From: Candidatus Kaiserbacteria bacterium
GTDB taxonomy: Bacteria; Patescibacteriota; Minisyncoccia; Phycocordibacterales; UBA918
DNA length: 64,000 bases
Direction of reading: 5' to 3'
Assembly (NCBI GenBank): GCA_031430855.1
Contig: JANPCG010000004.1
Span: forward strand, 10,845-74,844
Positions 10,844 through 20,870 of this stretch are shown here, piece by piece. The translations under genes and the position numbers were made by a program. The notes under the pieces are model-generated. The model ran no database searches, was not told where the DNA came from, and saw nothing but the letters and a program-made list of their open reading frames with translations. Numbering within the stretch: the first letter of the stretch is position 1; each line of letters begins with the position of its first letter.

Positions 10844-12244
10844 ATGGCACAAGCCCGCAAAGTAGTCAAAAAAAGCAGTAAAAAAGCGGCCAAAACCGTT
10901 ACCAAAGTCACTAAAAAAAAGGTAGCCACAAAGACCAAAAATAAGGTCGCGGCTACAACCAAGAAGGCAAAAACAGTTGTAAAGAAACCCGTTGCTAAAA
11001 AGCCTGTACAAAAAACAACGGCCAAGAAATCCGTGGTTAAAAAGGTGTCTACTAAAATGCCGGTCGCAAAAAAAACAGCTAAACCTGTCACAAAAAAAGC
11101 AGAGACAAAGCCTGTGGCGCCAAAGAAAATTATGCCTGTTAAAGCTGCCCCTCCAGTGAAGCTCACCCGTGGCGAAAAACTCCTCGAACTTAAGGCGGCC
11201 GAACTCATGATCCTTGGACGGACTCGTGGGTACGTTACCTATGATGAACTCTTGCGTTCATTTCCTGAAATTGAAAAAGACGTGATGTTCCTCGATGACC
11301 TTTACGAACGATTTAACGTTGCAGGAATCGATGTGCTTAAATCAGGAGGAATGCTTGGTGATGATCCGGCGGAAGAACTGCTTGCTCAGAAAAATGCCTT
11401 TAAGCGTAACGACAGTAGTTATGACTCGATTCAAATGTACCTTCGTGAAATTGGACAGTACCCATTGTTAAACGCTCATGAAGAACGAGTGTTGGCGAAA
11501 CGTATTGTTGATGGTGACGACGAAGCGCGAAACTTGCTCGCTCGAGCAAACCTTCGCTTGGTGGTTTCGATTGCAAAAAAATACGTTGGTCGGTCACCGG
11601 ACTTAACTCTCCTTGATCTTATTCAGGAAGGAAACCTCGGACTCTTTAAGGCGGTTGATAAATTCGACTTCACGAAAGGCTTTAAATTCTCAACTTATGC
11701 GACGTGGTGGATTAGACAGGCCATTACGCGAGCTCTGGCTGACCAGTCTCGTACCATCCGAATTCCGGTTCACATGGTTGAAACGATGGCAAAATATAAG
11801 CAGGTATCACGTCGTCTCTCGCAAGATTTGGGTCGTGATCCAATGCCTGAGGAGATTGCCACTGAAATGGGAGTCGAAGTAGAAAAAATCTATCAGATTG
11901 AAAAAATCAGTCAGGACACCATTTCGCTCGAGCTTCCGATTGGTGACGAGGATGATAATTCACGACTCTCGGACTTTATTGCTGATGATAAAATTACTTC
12001 ACCTGACCAAGAAGTGTCACATAGTATTTTGACTGATCAAATCACCGAAATTCTCGACACCCTCTCAGAAAAAGAACGAAAGATTCTCGAGATGCGGCAT
12101 GGACTATTGGATGGTACGTATCATACACTTGAAGAAGTAGGAAAGGAGTTTGGGGTAACGCGTGAACGGATTCGTCAGATTGAAGCCAAAGCTCTTGAGA
12201 AAATCCGTCAACACGATAAAGCGCGAAGATTGAAAAGTTATTAG
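10844..12244 (+). CDS. rpoD: Primary sigma factor with ~105-aa Lys/Ala/Val/Thr-rich N-terminal tail
   Basis: [55 protein letters not shown]; follows dnaG. Confidence 0.97.
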   Translation: MAQARKVVKKSSKKAAKTVTKVTKKKVATKTKNKVAATTKKAKTVVKKPVAKKPVQKTTAKKSVVKKVSTKMPVAKKTAKPVTKKAETKPVAPKKIMPVKAAPPVKLTRGEKLLELKAAELMILGRTRGYVTYDELLRSFPEIEKDVMFLDDLYERFNVAGIDVLKSGGMLGDDPAEELLAQKNAFKRNDSSYDSIQMYLREIGQYPLLNAHEERVLAKRIVDGDDEARNLLARANLRLVVSIAKKYVGRSPDLTLLDLIQEGNLGLFKAVDKFDFTKGFKFSTYATWWIRQAITRALADQSRTIRIPVHMVETMAKYKQVSRRLSQDLGRDPMPEEIATEMGVEVEKIYQIEKISQDTISLELPIGDEDDNSRLSDFIADDKITSPDQEVSHSILTDQITEILDTLSEKERKILEMRHGLLDGTYHTLEEVGKEFGVTRERIRQIEAKALEKIRQHDKARRLKSY

Positions 12245-12372
12245 CGAAGCTTCCAAAACGCACGCATCTACGTTGTTGCCATTCGCACTCGGACATTCAA
12301 TGTACTATCCAGTACACCTCATGTCCTCATACTCTGGCGCCTAGTAGCTACGTACGTTTTGAAACCTCATCG
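12245..12372 (+). repeat. Long-hairpin repeat copy 2 (3' of rpoD)
   Basis: Outer arms nearly identical to copy 1; apex TCAATGTAC-TATCCA-GTACACCTC. Confidence 0.9.
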
Positions 12373-12391
12373 GACGCGATTGTGAAATACA

Positions 12392-12433
12392 AAACAAACC
12401 CCCCCGCAAGCTATGCTTGCGGGGGGGTTTGTT
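12392..12433. terminator. Bidirectional terminator between rpoD and the antiporter gene
   Basis: AACAAACCCCCCCGCAAGC-TAT-GCTTGCGGGGGGGTTTGTT. Confidence 0.85.
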
Positions 12434-12447
12434 GATTTGGTGCTAAA

Positions 12448-12661
12448 TAAACGTACAAAACGTATGCAGGGGCTGGTGAGAAAGCGTGGGACGCTTTCGC
12501 AAGACCTTGCCTGCCATCTTTGGAGCGAGAGCGGAAAAGTAGCGACAAGGTGTACAGCTTCCATAAGAAGTGCAAGGAAATTTTGATGAGCCGTATTTAA
12601 TATACGGTGAATTAAAATTTACGCAGCGTAACAAAGCACATGCGTGCGTTTAGGAAGTTTA
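12448..12661 (-). repeat. Long-hairpin repeat copy 3 (3' of antiporter) carrying a ~95-bp insertion
   Basis: Minus strand AAACGCACGCAT...TCACCGTAT-ATTAA-ATACGGCTC...TGCATACGTTTT; extra structured segment about 12471-12566. Confidence 0.85.
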
Positions 12662-14752
12662 GATCCGGTCGTGGGCAATATCTTCCCGTAGTACAATCGA
12701 CAACTTCTGCGTAATGAGTTCACGTTCGCGGATTTCTTCAAGGACGGTTTCAGCAATTTTATGAACACTAAATTGTGCGAGACGTTCAGAGAGTACAAGT
12801 GCAATACCGGGATTATCGACAGCAATTACCTGCATTTTCTTTTCAGACTCGGTCCGGAACGTGGTATAGAGATCTGTGACGTGTGTCATTGCACTCGCCG
12901 TAAAAATACTTTCGGCTGAGTCGCTTTGGAGGTTCACGAGTTCTTTGAGCACTTTACGGGCAATAATCGTTTGGGCTCGATAGTACATATAATTATGATC
13001 AATCCGGTCAGTAGCGGTATCTTCAACAAATAGTTTACGTAACACCGTAGCCATTCTTTCGAAGACATCTTTGTTGTCGGTATGGAGCGACATGTCAGGC
13101 TCAAGAACACCATTTTCAATAGATTCAAGCTGGAGTTGGAGTTTGCCAGAGAGTCGGCGGAAGACAGATTCGGTAACTTCGTTGTGGTGGTAGAGGTCCT
13201 TGAGGTGACGTTTTTCAATTCCAATGGCGTACATACGGAGTACGCGAAGCGCTAAGTTATTCCGGGCTTCGCTCGAGAGGTTGCTTACCGCCTTGCAGGC
13301 CTCATTATATGCTTGTACGTGCTTCTCGCGAATCCGTGAGGCTACATTTGTAGCAATGTATCCACGTTCACGATACTTATCGAGCCGTTCTGTGATTTCG
13401 TGATGGATGAGGGCTTGAGCTTCTTGATATTCAATTTTTTCTACTTCAGTTAATTGATCAAGCTTAAGCTTGCGCATTACCCACTGCATAGTTGGTGCTT
13501 TAATAAAGAGGGTAGCTGAAATACAGCCAATCGTGAGAGAGAGCAAGAAATCACGCACACTGATATCGAGGCTCCAGCCCGGAACGCTAAAGGTTTCGGG
13601 AATCAGGAGTACCATAGTTACTGCCAAGGCGCCCCGGAGTGAACCCCAAGACAATAGGTGTTGCCAAGACATGGGCAATCGTCGGTCTGGTGTTGTGGTT
13701 TGATTGTAGGCGACGACGACGGGGTAGATTGAAACAGCCCGGGCAATGGCGACCACAAAGATAGTAATAATAACTACCTGAAGCATGTCACGGTTTAACA
13801 CTGGTGCATCCATAAACAAGAGTCCAATGAGAAGGAAGATCAAAGAGTTTGCAAAGAATGCCAGCTGGCCCCAGAGCTTTTCTACGAATTCTTCCGCGCG
13901 CGGATGGATTTTCGGTCGACCATAGTTACCCATTAAGAGTGCGGCGACTGTGGTAGCGATAATTGGAGAGAGAGGAAGTTCAAAGCCACCGATACTCAAG
14001 TAGTGAGAAATAATTTCTGCTAAAATAAACGTAACGTGGGCCAGTACAATGGTGAGGGTGATACTAGCAGTTTCGTTTTCACGGGTGAGACCGACTAATT
14101 TTGCAAACAAACCTCCCATAATAATACCGAAGAGGACCCCTCCTACCATCATTGAGGTAAAGCTAATAGTTCCGGCGAGAATGGTATCAAAACCATGATA
14201 GCCAAAGGTGGCTACTTCAAGGAGAACCAAGAAAAGAGCTACTGCAGTGGCGTCATTAAAGAGACTTTCACCTTCAAAGATGAGAGAGAGTCGTGGTGGT
14301 GCGCCGAATTCTTTGAAGAGCGCAAGTACGGCCACCGGGTCAGTGGCAGAAATAAGAGCTCCAAATATGAGGGTAATCATAAATGGAACGCCAAGTCCAA
14401 TAAACTCAAGGATGTAAAAGAGCGGAATCGCAATGGCAAGCGTTGAGATTAGTAGACCAACAATCGAAAGAATGAGTACAATTGGCGTGTCTTCCACTAA
14501 TCGCCTAACGTTGATATTGTAGGCTGATTCAAAAATCAGGGTTGGCAACAAAAGGTAAAAAAGTAACTCGGGGGTAAGGTGAAATTCACCAAAAAAATGA
14601 AACGCGGGGACGTTAGCGAGGAGTCCCAAAATCATACCGATAAGTACTAAAAAGACGGTATGGGGGAGACGGAAACGTTTGGCCCAAAAGATAGCCAGAC
14701 TAGAGATTCCTAACATTGCAAAGATGGCAAGGGTGGCGTTAGCAGTGAGCAT
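12659..14752 (-). CDS. CPA1-family Na+/H+ antiporter (NhaP/YvgP-like) with cytoplasmic C-terminal domain
   Basis: LLPTLIFESA, SATDPVAV, GESLFNDA, LRGALA motifs; many TM segments. Confidence 0.92.
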   Translation of the reverse strand: MLTANATLAIFAMLGISSLAIFWAKRFRLPHTVFLVLIGMILGLLANVPAFHFFGEFHLTPELLFYLLLPTLIFESAYNINVRRLVEDTPIVLILSIVGLLISTLAIAIPLFYILEFIGLGVPFMITLIFGALISATDPVAVLALFKEFGAPPRLSLIFEGESLFNDATAVALFLVLLEVATFGYHGFDTILAGTISFTSMMVGGVLFGIIMGGLFAKLVGLTRENETASITLTIVLAHVTFILAEIISHYLSIGGFELPLSPIIATTVAALLMGNYGRPKIHPRAEEFVEKLWGQLAFFANSLIFLLIGLLFMDAPVLNRDMLQVVIITIFVVAIARAVSIYPVVVAYNQTTTPDRRLPMSWQHLLSWGSLRGALAVTMVLLIPETFSVPGWSLDISVRDFLLSLTIGCISATLFIKAPTMQWVMRKLKLDQLTEVEKIEYQEAQALIHHEITERLDKYRERGYIATNVASRIREKHVQAYNEACKAVSNLSSEARNNLALRVLRMYAIGIEKRHLKDLYHHNEVTESVFRRLSGKLQLQLESIENGVLEPDMSLHTDNKDVFERMATVLRKLFVEDTATDRIDHNYMYYRAQTIIARKVLKELVNLQSDSAESIFTASAMTHVTDLYTTFRTESEKKMQVIAVDNPGIALVLSERLAQFSVHKIAETVLEEIRERELITQKLSIVLREDIAHDRI

Positions 14753-14883
14753 ACGAGGGATTGGTTAATGCGTAATAATCAGCAAGTTGACACTATACTC
14801 CTCAGAAGGGAAGTCGGCAAGGGTAATTTTAGGCTAAAAATGAATGCTTTTCAGGCTACTCAAGTGGTATACTAACCATAATT

Positions 14884-17800
14884 ATGGCGCACATATCTAC
14901 TGTAGAGACGACCGGAGACACTTTCCGTGCTGCGTATGCAGCGTTAAATAAAGAACAAAAACTGGCCGTTGATGCGATAGATGGTCCGGTAATGGTAATT
15001 GCGGGTCCTGGTACAGGAAAGACGCAAATTTTAACCCTGCGCATAGCCAATATCCTTTTGCAGACCGATACTGCGCCGGAGAGCATTTTGGCACTCACGT
15101 TTACTGAATCAGGGGCAAGAGCCATGCGCGAACGTTTGCACCACTATATTGGGGCTCGCGCCTATCAGGTAGTAATTTTAACCTTTCATGGGTTCGCCGG
15201 TCGTCTCATAAAGCAATATCCCGAGGCATATGAGCGTATTATCGGCGGTAGACCGGCTACTGACATTGAAAAAATTACTTTGATTGAGACCATTTTGGAT
15301 ACCCCTCAAATTAAACTTTTGCGCCCCTCAGGTAACATCTCGTATTATGTGCGACCAATAGAACGGATTATTGGAGAGCTAAAAAAGGAATATGTGACCC
15401 CTGATGCCTTTGCTGTAATTATTGCGAAGCAAGAGACAAATCTGTTAGATATTGAGCAATATCACTTAAAGGGAGCGCATAAAGGGAAAGAGCGTGGTGA
15501 CTATACAAAGGCTGCGAAAGTAATTAGTAAGAACCGGGAGCTTCTCTATGTGTATCGTCAGTATGAGGCCAGTTTGCGTACCGCACGTATCTATGACTTT
15601 GAAGATATGATTGGTGAGACAGTGTCGGCGCTTGGAGCACAGTCGGATATGCTCCGTGATTTACAGGAGCAATATCAGTATGTTCTAGCTGACGAACATC
15701 AAGATGTGAATGGAGCTCAAAACCGAATCCTCGAGTTGTTGGCTTCGTATCACGATAGTCCAAACATTTTTGTGGTTGGTGACGAAAAACAAGCCATTTT
15801 TCGCTTTCAAGGGGCGTCGTTAGATAACTTTTTGTATTTTAGTGACCGATTTTCCAATACCAACGTAATTTCATTAACCCAAAACTATCGCTCAGGTCAA
15901 AATGTGCTTGATGCTGCCCATAGTTTGGTAGCGGTAGATGATGGGGAATTAAAGGCGCTTCGCGTACCGCTTACTGCGGCCGCCGTGACAGATTCCCTGA
16001 TTACGCGGCAACATTTTTCTCATCAGGTAATCGAAGACGCCTCGGTGGTCGCAGAGATTGAAACTATAATAAAAAAAGGGGCATCCCCTTCAGAGATTGC
16101 GGTAATTGTGCGGAGTAATCGTGAGGTGGAAAGTTTTACGATACTGTTACGTAAGCAGGGTATAGCGGTAGTTGCTTCAGCTGATGGTGATATTCTGGCA
16201 CATCCGATTACACAAACCGTAGAGGCCCTTATTTCTATGGTGGTGAACGTGCACGATGAGGCAGCGTTATTTGCTGTCCTCCATGGAGCATATTGGGGCA
16301 TCCCCGTTTCTGATCTCATTAAAATCACTCGTGCACGTACCTATGATAAAGGATTATTTTCTATTCTGAATGATAGAGAAATTCTCACTGCGCTTCAGGT
16401 TTCAGATGTTGCGTCCGCTCATACAGTTGCGGTAGTAATTAATGAGGCGCGGTCCATGATGGTGAGTGAAGCACCGCATCGAGTGCTGCAGTATCTCCTT
16501 TCGGCGAGTGGTTTTTTAGTGCATGTTATAAAGACCAATCCGGTTGAGGGACAGCGTGTTCTCCGTCGGCTCTATGATGAGGTTGAATTAATGGTAGTCA
16601 GTGATGCGGCCAGTACCTTACGGCACGTCAGTAACGTACTAGCGCAGCGTCGGGAATATAATCTCCCGCTTTCTGCATCATACATTGCAACCCATTCAAA
16701 TGCCGTTCAGGTGATGACTGCTCATAAATCAAAAGGGTTAGAATTTTCACATGTCTTTATTCCACATCTCCAGGATAGTGTATGGGGAGGGGGGCGACAC
16801 GCTGAGTTATTCACGATACCACTTTCAAAACACGCAGAAATTATTGATGCCTTCGATGATGAATTACGACTTTTTTATGTGGCAATCACTCGCGCCAAGA
16901 CGCATGTGTATTTCTCTACCGCAGCAGTCGGAAGTTCAGGTAAAGGAATGCTTCCGACTCGCTTTTTTGATGTGATTGATCCACGAGTGGTAACTGAAGT
17001 ATCGGTCGAAAATTTTGAGTCTGCGTTTTCTCCGCTTGCGCAATTGCTTGAATTGCCGAAAGTTCGTCACATTGATACTGATTTTATTTTAGCGTCATTG
17101 CGGAGTAAAGGGTTTTCAGCTACGTCTTTAAATAATTACCTTAGGAATCCCTGGGATTATGTGTACCGAAATGTCATGCAGATACCCGAGGTGCAGGCTA
17201 CTCACCTTCAATTTGGTACCGCAATTCACGCCGTCCTCGAATCAGTAACTCGTCATTACACAAAAAACCGGGAGTTACCCAGTGCGACATTTATTAAAAC
17301 GAAACTGGAGCAGGCATTATCCAGACTTCCTTTTAGTACGAATGAATTTGTTCGGCATCTTGAATTAGGATTATCGATGCTCTATCCGTACGTAGAATAC
17401 CTACAAGGTCAGTTACCCGTGACGACGAAAGAAGAGTTGCAGATTAAGGTGCTTTTAGAAACGGGGATACCCGAACTACCATTGTTACCACTCACGGGAA
17501 ATTTAGATCGGATTGATATTGGTGTAGACGGGAGGGCGTTTCGCGTCGTCGATTACAAAACAGGTAAGCCAAAATCACGAAACGATATTGAAGGAAAAAC
17601 AGCGACCAGTGATGGGGCGTACAAACGTCAGTTGGTATTTTATACACTTTTGCTCTCGCTGTATAACGATGAACGGTATCTAACCAATACGGGCGTATTA
17701 TCTTTTGTACAGAGCGCGGTATCAGGTCCGGTAAAAGAAGAGGCATTTATCATAACTCAGGAAGAAGTTGCGTTATTAAGAGATGATATTATCAAGAGCT

Positions 17801-17898
17801 GCAAAGAATTAATCGAAGGGAGCTTTTTAACTAACTCCGACCTGGCATATGAGAGTCAGTACCGTGACCTCGCGTTGGCTTTCATCTCTTTGTCATAA
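14884..17898 (+). CDS. UvrD/PcrA-type SF1 helicase fused to C-terminal PD-(D/E)XK nuclease
   Basis: AGPGTGKT, LTFT, DEHQD, VGDEKQAIFRFQGA, TAHKSKGLEF, YVAITRA; GNLDRID...VVDYKTG. Confidence 0.92.
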   Translation: MAHISTVETTGDTFRAAYAALNKEQKLAVDAIDGPVMVIAGPGTGKTQILTLRIANILLQTDTAPESILALTFTESGARAMRERLHHYIGARAYQVVILTFHGFAGRLIKQYPEAYERIIGGRPATDIEKITLIETILDTPQIKLLRPSGNISYYVRPIERIIGELKKEYVTPDAFAVIIAKQETNLLDIEQYHLKGAHKGKERGDYTKAAKVISKNRELLYVYRQYEASLRTARIYDFEDMIGETVSALGAQSDMLRDLQEQYQYVLADEHQDVNGAQNRILELLASYHDSPNIFVVGDEKQAIFRFQGASLDNFLYFSDRFSNTNVISLTQNYRSGQNVLDAAHSLVAVDDGELKALRVPLTAAAVTDSLITRQHFSHQVIEDASVVAEIETIIKKGASPSEIAVIVRSNREVESFTILLRKQGIAVVASADGDILAHPITQTVEALISMVVNVHDEAALFAVLHGAYWGIPVSDLIKITRARTYDKGLFSILNDREILTALQVSDVASAHTVAVVINEARSMMVSEAPHRVLQYLLSASGFLVHVIKTNPVEGQRVLRRLYDEVELMVVSDAASTLRHVSNVLAQRREYNLPLSASYIATHSNAVQVMTAHKSKGLEFSHVFIPHLQDSVWGGGRHAELFTIPLSKHAEIIDAFDDELRLFYVAITRAKTHVYFSTAAVGSSGKGMLPTRFFDVIDPRVVTEVSVENFESAFSPLAQLLELPKVRHIDTDFILASLRSKGFSATSLNNYLRNPWDYVYRNVMQIPEVQATHLQFGTAIHAVLESVTRHYTKNRELPSATFIKTKLEQALSRLPFSTNEFVRHLELGLSMLYPYVEYLQGQLPVTTKEELQIKVLLETGIPELPLLPLTGNLDRIDIGVDGRAFRVVDYKTGKPKSRNDIEGKTATSDGAYKRQLVFYTLLLSLYNDERYLTNTGVLSFVQSAVSGPVKEEAFIITQEEVALLRDDIIKSCKELIEGSFLTNSDLAYESQYRDLALAFISLS

Positions 17899-17901
17899 TA
17901 T

Positions 17902-17939
17902 AAAAAACACCCGTGGCCCTTGGGCCACGGGTGTTTTTT
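17902..17939. terminator. Bidirectional terminator
   Basis: AAAAAACACCCGTGGCCC-TT-GGGCCACGGGTGTTTTTT. Confidence 0.85.
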
Positions 17940-17943
17940 GTTC

Positions 17944-18684
17944 TTACGTAGTTGGAAGTGCGGCTTCTCCTTCGAGTTGGGTTATCAGATTTTCAATGAT
18001 TTGCTTTACGACAGCGTACGGTTGCGCTCCGTTAATAACAGCCTGCTGATCACCAACCATAACAATAGAGTATGGTGTCCCTTGTGCCCCGGCAGCCACA
18101 CCTTCTTGGATAGAAGCCTCAACCTTGGCTTTATTACGACCACTCGAAAGACAAGTGTTGAAATCGGCAGTTTTAACCCCTGCTGCCTCAGCAAATTCTG
18201 GTAATCGTGACATTGCAGTTGGTTCATTGACTTCACGTTCATTAAAGATCGAGTCAGAAAACTTCCAGAACGCCTCATCGCCACCTAATTCACCGACACA
18301 AAAGGCCGCTTCAGAAATGCGCGGGGCATTTGGGTGTAATTGTTCGAGAGGAAATTGTCGATACGCCCAGGCAACTTTACCACCGACGGCAAATTCATCC
18401 ATAACCGTATTCATCGTGTCATGAAAGTTTTTGCAGAATGGGCAGTCATAGTCAGAGTACTCGATAACGACAATTGGTGCGTTTGGATTGCCGCGAACAA
18501 AGTCAGAGTCATCAAGTGGCCGGACTTCTGCTTTGACAGGTTCAGCCGGTACATCACTAGGTTTAATTGCGGTGGCTGGAGCTGAACCAAAGCCGCTGAA
18601 AAAAACGGCTGCGGCAATGAGTCCAAAACCAAATACAATTGCTACTGGAATCGCAATTGAAGTTGAAGTTGTTTGTGGTTGCAT
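17944..18684 (-). CDS. Membrane-anchored DsbA-family thiol-disulfide oxidoreductase
   Basis: EYSDYDCPFC, FPL..HPNA, GTP motifs; N-terminal TM. Confidence 0.92.
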   Translation of the reverse strand: MQPQTTSTSIAIPVAIVFGFGLIAAAVFFSGFGSAPATAIKPSDVPAEPVKAEVRPLDDSDFVRGNPNAPIVVIEYSDYDCPFCKNFHDTMNTVMDEFAVGGKVAWAYRQFPLEQLHPNAPRISEAAFCVGELGGDEAFWKFSDSIFNEREVNEPTAMSRLPEFAEAAGVKTADFNTCLSSGRNKAKVEASIQEGVAAGAQGTPYSIVMVGDQQAVINGAQPYAVVKQIIENLITQLEGEAALPTT

Positions 18685-18783
18685 ATACGTACGAATGAAA
18701 GTAAGAATTGATAATACCTCCACAGTATATCATTTTAGTGCCCAAAATTTAATGAGTTCATGATATACTTTGGGGAATACACT

Positions 18784-19596
18784 ATGGGATTTTTTGACGC
18801 TATTTTACTGGGGTTAATTCAAGGAATAACTGAGTTTTTGCCGATTTCTTCAACGGGGCACTTAATTTTAATGCGTGAGCTTCTTGGTCTCCAGTCTGCT
18901 GGTGGTGAATTGGCGTTTGATGCCGTTCTTCATTTGGCGACGGCACTCGCTGTCATTATTTATTTCTCCAAAGATATTTGGAGCATTGCGCAGACTGCGC
19001 TGCGAAAGTTGGGACGGTTGCCCGTAAATCAGAAAGAACTGACGCTCTTCTATGCCCTTGCTATTGGAACTATTCCAGCCGTGGTGGTGGGAGTGTTGCT
19101 TGAGTCTACTATGGAAACAGCGTTCCGGTCACCCCTGTTGGTGGCAGGGGTTCTTGTTGCTGGTTCTCTCCTGTTCATTTATGCTGAATGGTTTATTTAT
19201 AATTCAGTGCCGAACAATACTGTTACGGTTAAAAAAGGAATCCAGATTGGTCTATTTCAGTGTCTTGCGTTAGTTCCCGGGATGTCTCGGTCGGGAGCCA
19301 CTATTGCAGGTGGTATGTTGTTAGGATTGTCACGAGTCGAAGCGGCACGATTTGCGTTTCTTTTGGCTGTACCGATTATGCTAGGTGCAGGAGGTAAAAA
19401 ACTCATTGAGTTAATTTCTTCACCAGCAACCGTGTCCTGGTTTCCGATACTGATTGGGGCGGTAGTGGCGTTTATTGTCGGATTATTGGCAATTCATTTT
19501 ATGCTAACGTTTGTGAGGCGACATACGTTGTGGCCGTTTATTTGGTATCGGTTACTTCTCGCGGCCTTCGTAGCTTACGTCTACCTCGTCGCGTAA
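18784..19596 (+). CDS. uppP: Undecaprenyl-diphosphate phosphatase (BacA)
   Basis: QGITEFLPISSTGH, PGMSRSGATI. Confidence 0.96.
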   Translation: MGFFDAILLGLIQGITEFLPISSTGHLILMRELLGLQSAGGELAFDAVLHLATALAVIIYFSKDIWSIAQTALRKLGRLPVNQKELTLFYALAIGTIPAVVVGVLLESTMETAFRSPLLVAGVLVAGSLLFIYAEWFIYNSVPNNTVTVKKGIQIGLFQCLALVPGMSRSGATIAGGMLLGLSRVEAARFAFLLAVPIMLGAGGKKLIELISSPATVSWFPILIGAVVAFIVGLLAIHFMLTFVRRHTLWPFIWYRLLLAAFVAYVYLVA

Positions 19597-19719
19597 ATCT
19601 TTTAAAATCACTTCATCTGCGTTGTTGCGCTGCGGTAAGTTGCGTCTCACCGTACAATAAGTACGACTCAAAGCAACTTCCTTGCGCGCCTAGCAGCTAA
19701 AGTAATTTAAAAAAGATTT
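19595..19719 (+). repeat. Long-hairpin repeat copy 4 (3' of uppP)
   Basis: ACTTCATCTGCGTTGTTG...AAGTTGC..TCACCGTAC-AATAA-GTACGACTC..GCAACTT...CGCCTAGCAGCTAAAGT. Confidence 0.9.
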
Positions 19720-19794
19720 GGATGCTTATTTAAATAAAAAATTAAGGATATTAAAAGTAATAAAAAAGGAAATGACGCAGGTAGGGGACCCGCG

Positions 19795-20025
19795 TCATTC
19801 GGCTTCGCGTAACAGTGCATCAAGGTGATGCGACCGTAAGGGCGGAACGGCGTTAAGGGCAGAAAGTCGCCCGCCATTCTTTGCTTTGATAAACCATACC
19901 AAGCCCCGTCGTTCCTTGGAGGTTGTGGGTTTTCCGGCCACGTAGCGATCAAAGATTGTGCGGTAGTAGTCACTCATCAGCCCGATACTGTTACGTAGCG
20001 GAGGAAACGAATCAGCGTAATTCAA
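19795..20025 (-). CDS. Hypothetical protein (76 aa orphan)
   Basis: SD AAAGGA before TTG, candidate promoter TTGCAG-N16-TACGAT, terminator AATGACGCGGGT...ACCTGCGTCATT plus T-run at the stop. Confidence 0.55.
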   Translation of the reverse strand: MNYADSFPPLRNSIGLMSDYYRTIFDRYVAGKPTTSKERRGLVWFIKAKNGGRLSALNAVPPLRSHHLDALLREAE

Positions 20026-20130
20026 CGTGCTGCCATCCTTTCAGTTGTGATTATTTCCGTGGTGTGACCGACTAAAGTGGTCAAGAACAGACTTAATTAA
20101 TCGTACTCCTTATATTTGTAACTGCAATAG

Positions 20131-20706
20131 TTAAAACAACAAAGAGTGAGTCATTGCGACATCGTCTTTAATCATCCAGGTAGAGATATCAAGCGGGATT
20201 TCACGGTTGCGGGCACCGTCTTTAAATTTCACATGACCGTGAGCCATCGCGTAATCAAAAACCTTTTTAGTCACCTTTACGTCTTGTTCGCAGTATTTTT
20301 TTACTTCATCAATTTTACCTTCCTTCCACCAGCGGACGGCTTGCAGGCCGTGACCTGATTTTTTGGCTCCGACGGTGGCCTGGGCAATGCTATCAAGACG
20401 GAGACGACGACCGATAGACTGGCGGATGGACTCGAGAATATCAATACTCTTTATATGTGTCAGGTCGCCGGGGTAATATTTATTTAAAAGCGGGATATCG
20501 AAGTGGTTACTATTATATCCAACGAGCGCATCAGCGGCCTCTAAAAGTGGCCAGGCTTTTTGTAGTTCATCAACCGTAACCGTGAGATACGTATCAGTCG
20601 CGCTGTCATAAAATGACCCGACTGAGATATCTAATGCTACCGGATCGCTGCTACCCACCTCTTGGAATATGTTTTGGGTTTCAAGGTCAAAAATAATGTA
20701 GCGCAT
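20131..20706 (-). CDS. RNase H-like (DEDD/YprB-type) 3'-5' exonuclease domain protein
   Basis: FDLET, GYNSNHFD, YCEQDV acidic motifs. Confidence 0.85.
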   Translation of the reverse strand: MRYIIFDLETQNIFQEVGSSDPVALDISVGSFYDSATDTYLTVTVDELQKAWPLLEAADALVGYNSNHFDIPLLNKYYPGDLTHIKSIDILESIRQSIGRRLRLDSIAQATVGAKKSGHGLQAVRWWKEGKIDEVKKYCEQDVKVTKKVFDYAMAHGHVKFKDGARNREIPLDISTWMIKDDVAMTHSLLF

Positions 20707-20870
20707 AGTAGGAATGAAAGGTAAGAGGTCAATTATATCATGAGTGCTCAAGATTGCCTGAGATGCGAGGCAGGTGGTGAAAAATATTGTGAGGTGTGCT
20801 ACTTGCACATTGAACAAAATTTTTTGCTACCTAACAAAGCTGATCAGGTGATATTGAGTACTTTTGAAGC

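Noticed and set aside
10700-11208. Hydrophobic minus-strand ORFs opposite the rpoD tail, and likewise 30467-30840
   Set aside because: Antisense shadows of Lys-rich low-complexity codons, which read as Phe/Leu-rich; no independent start signals.
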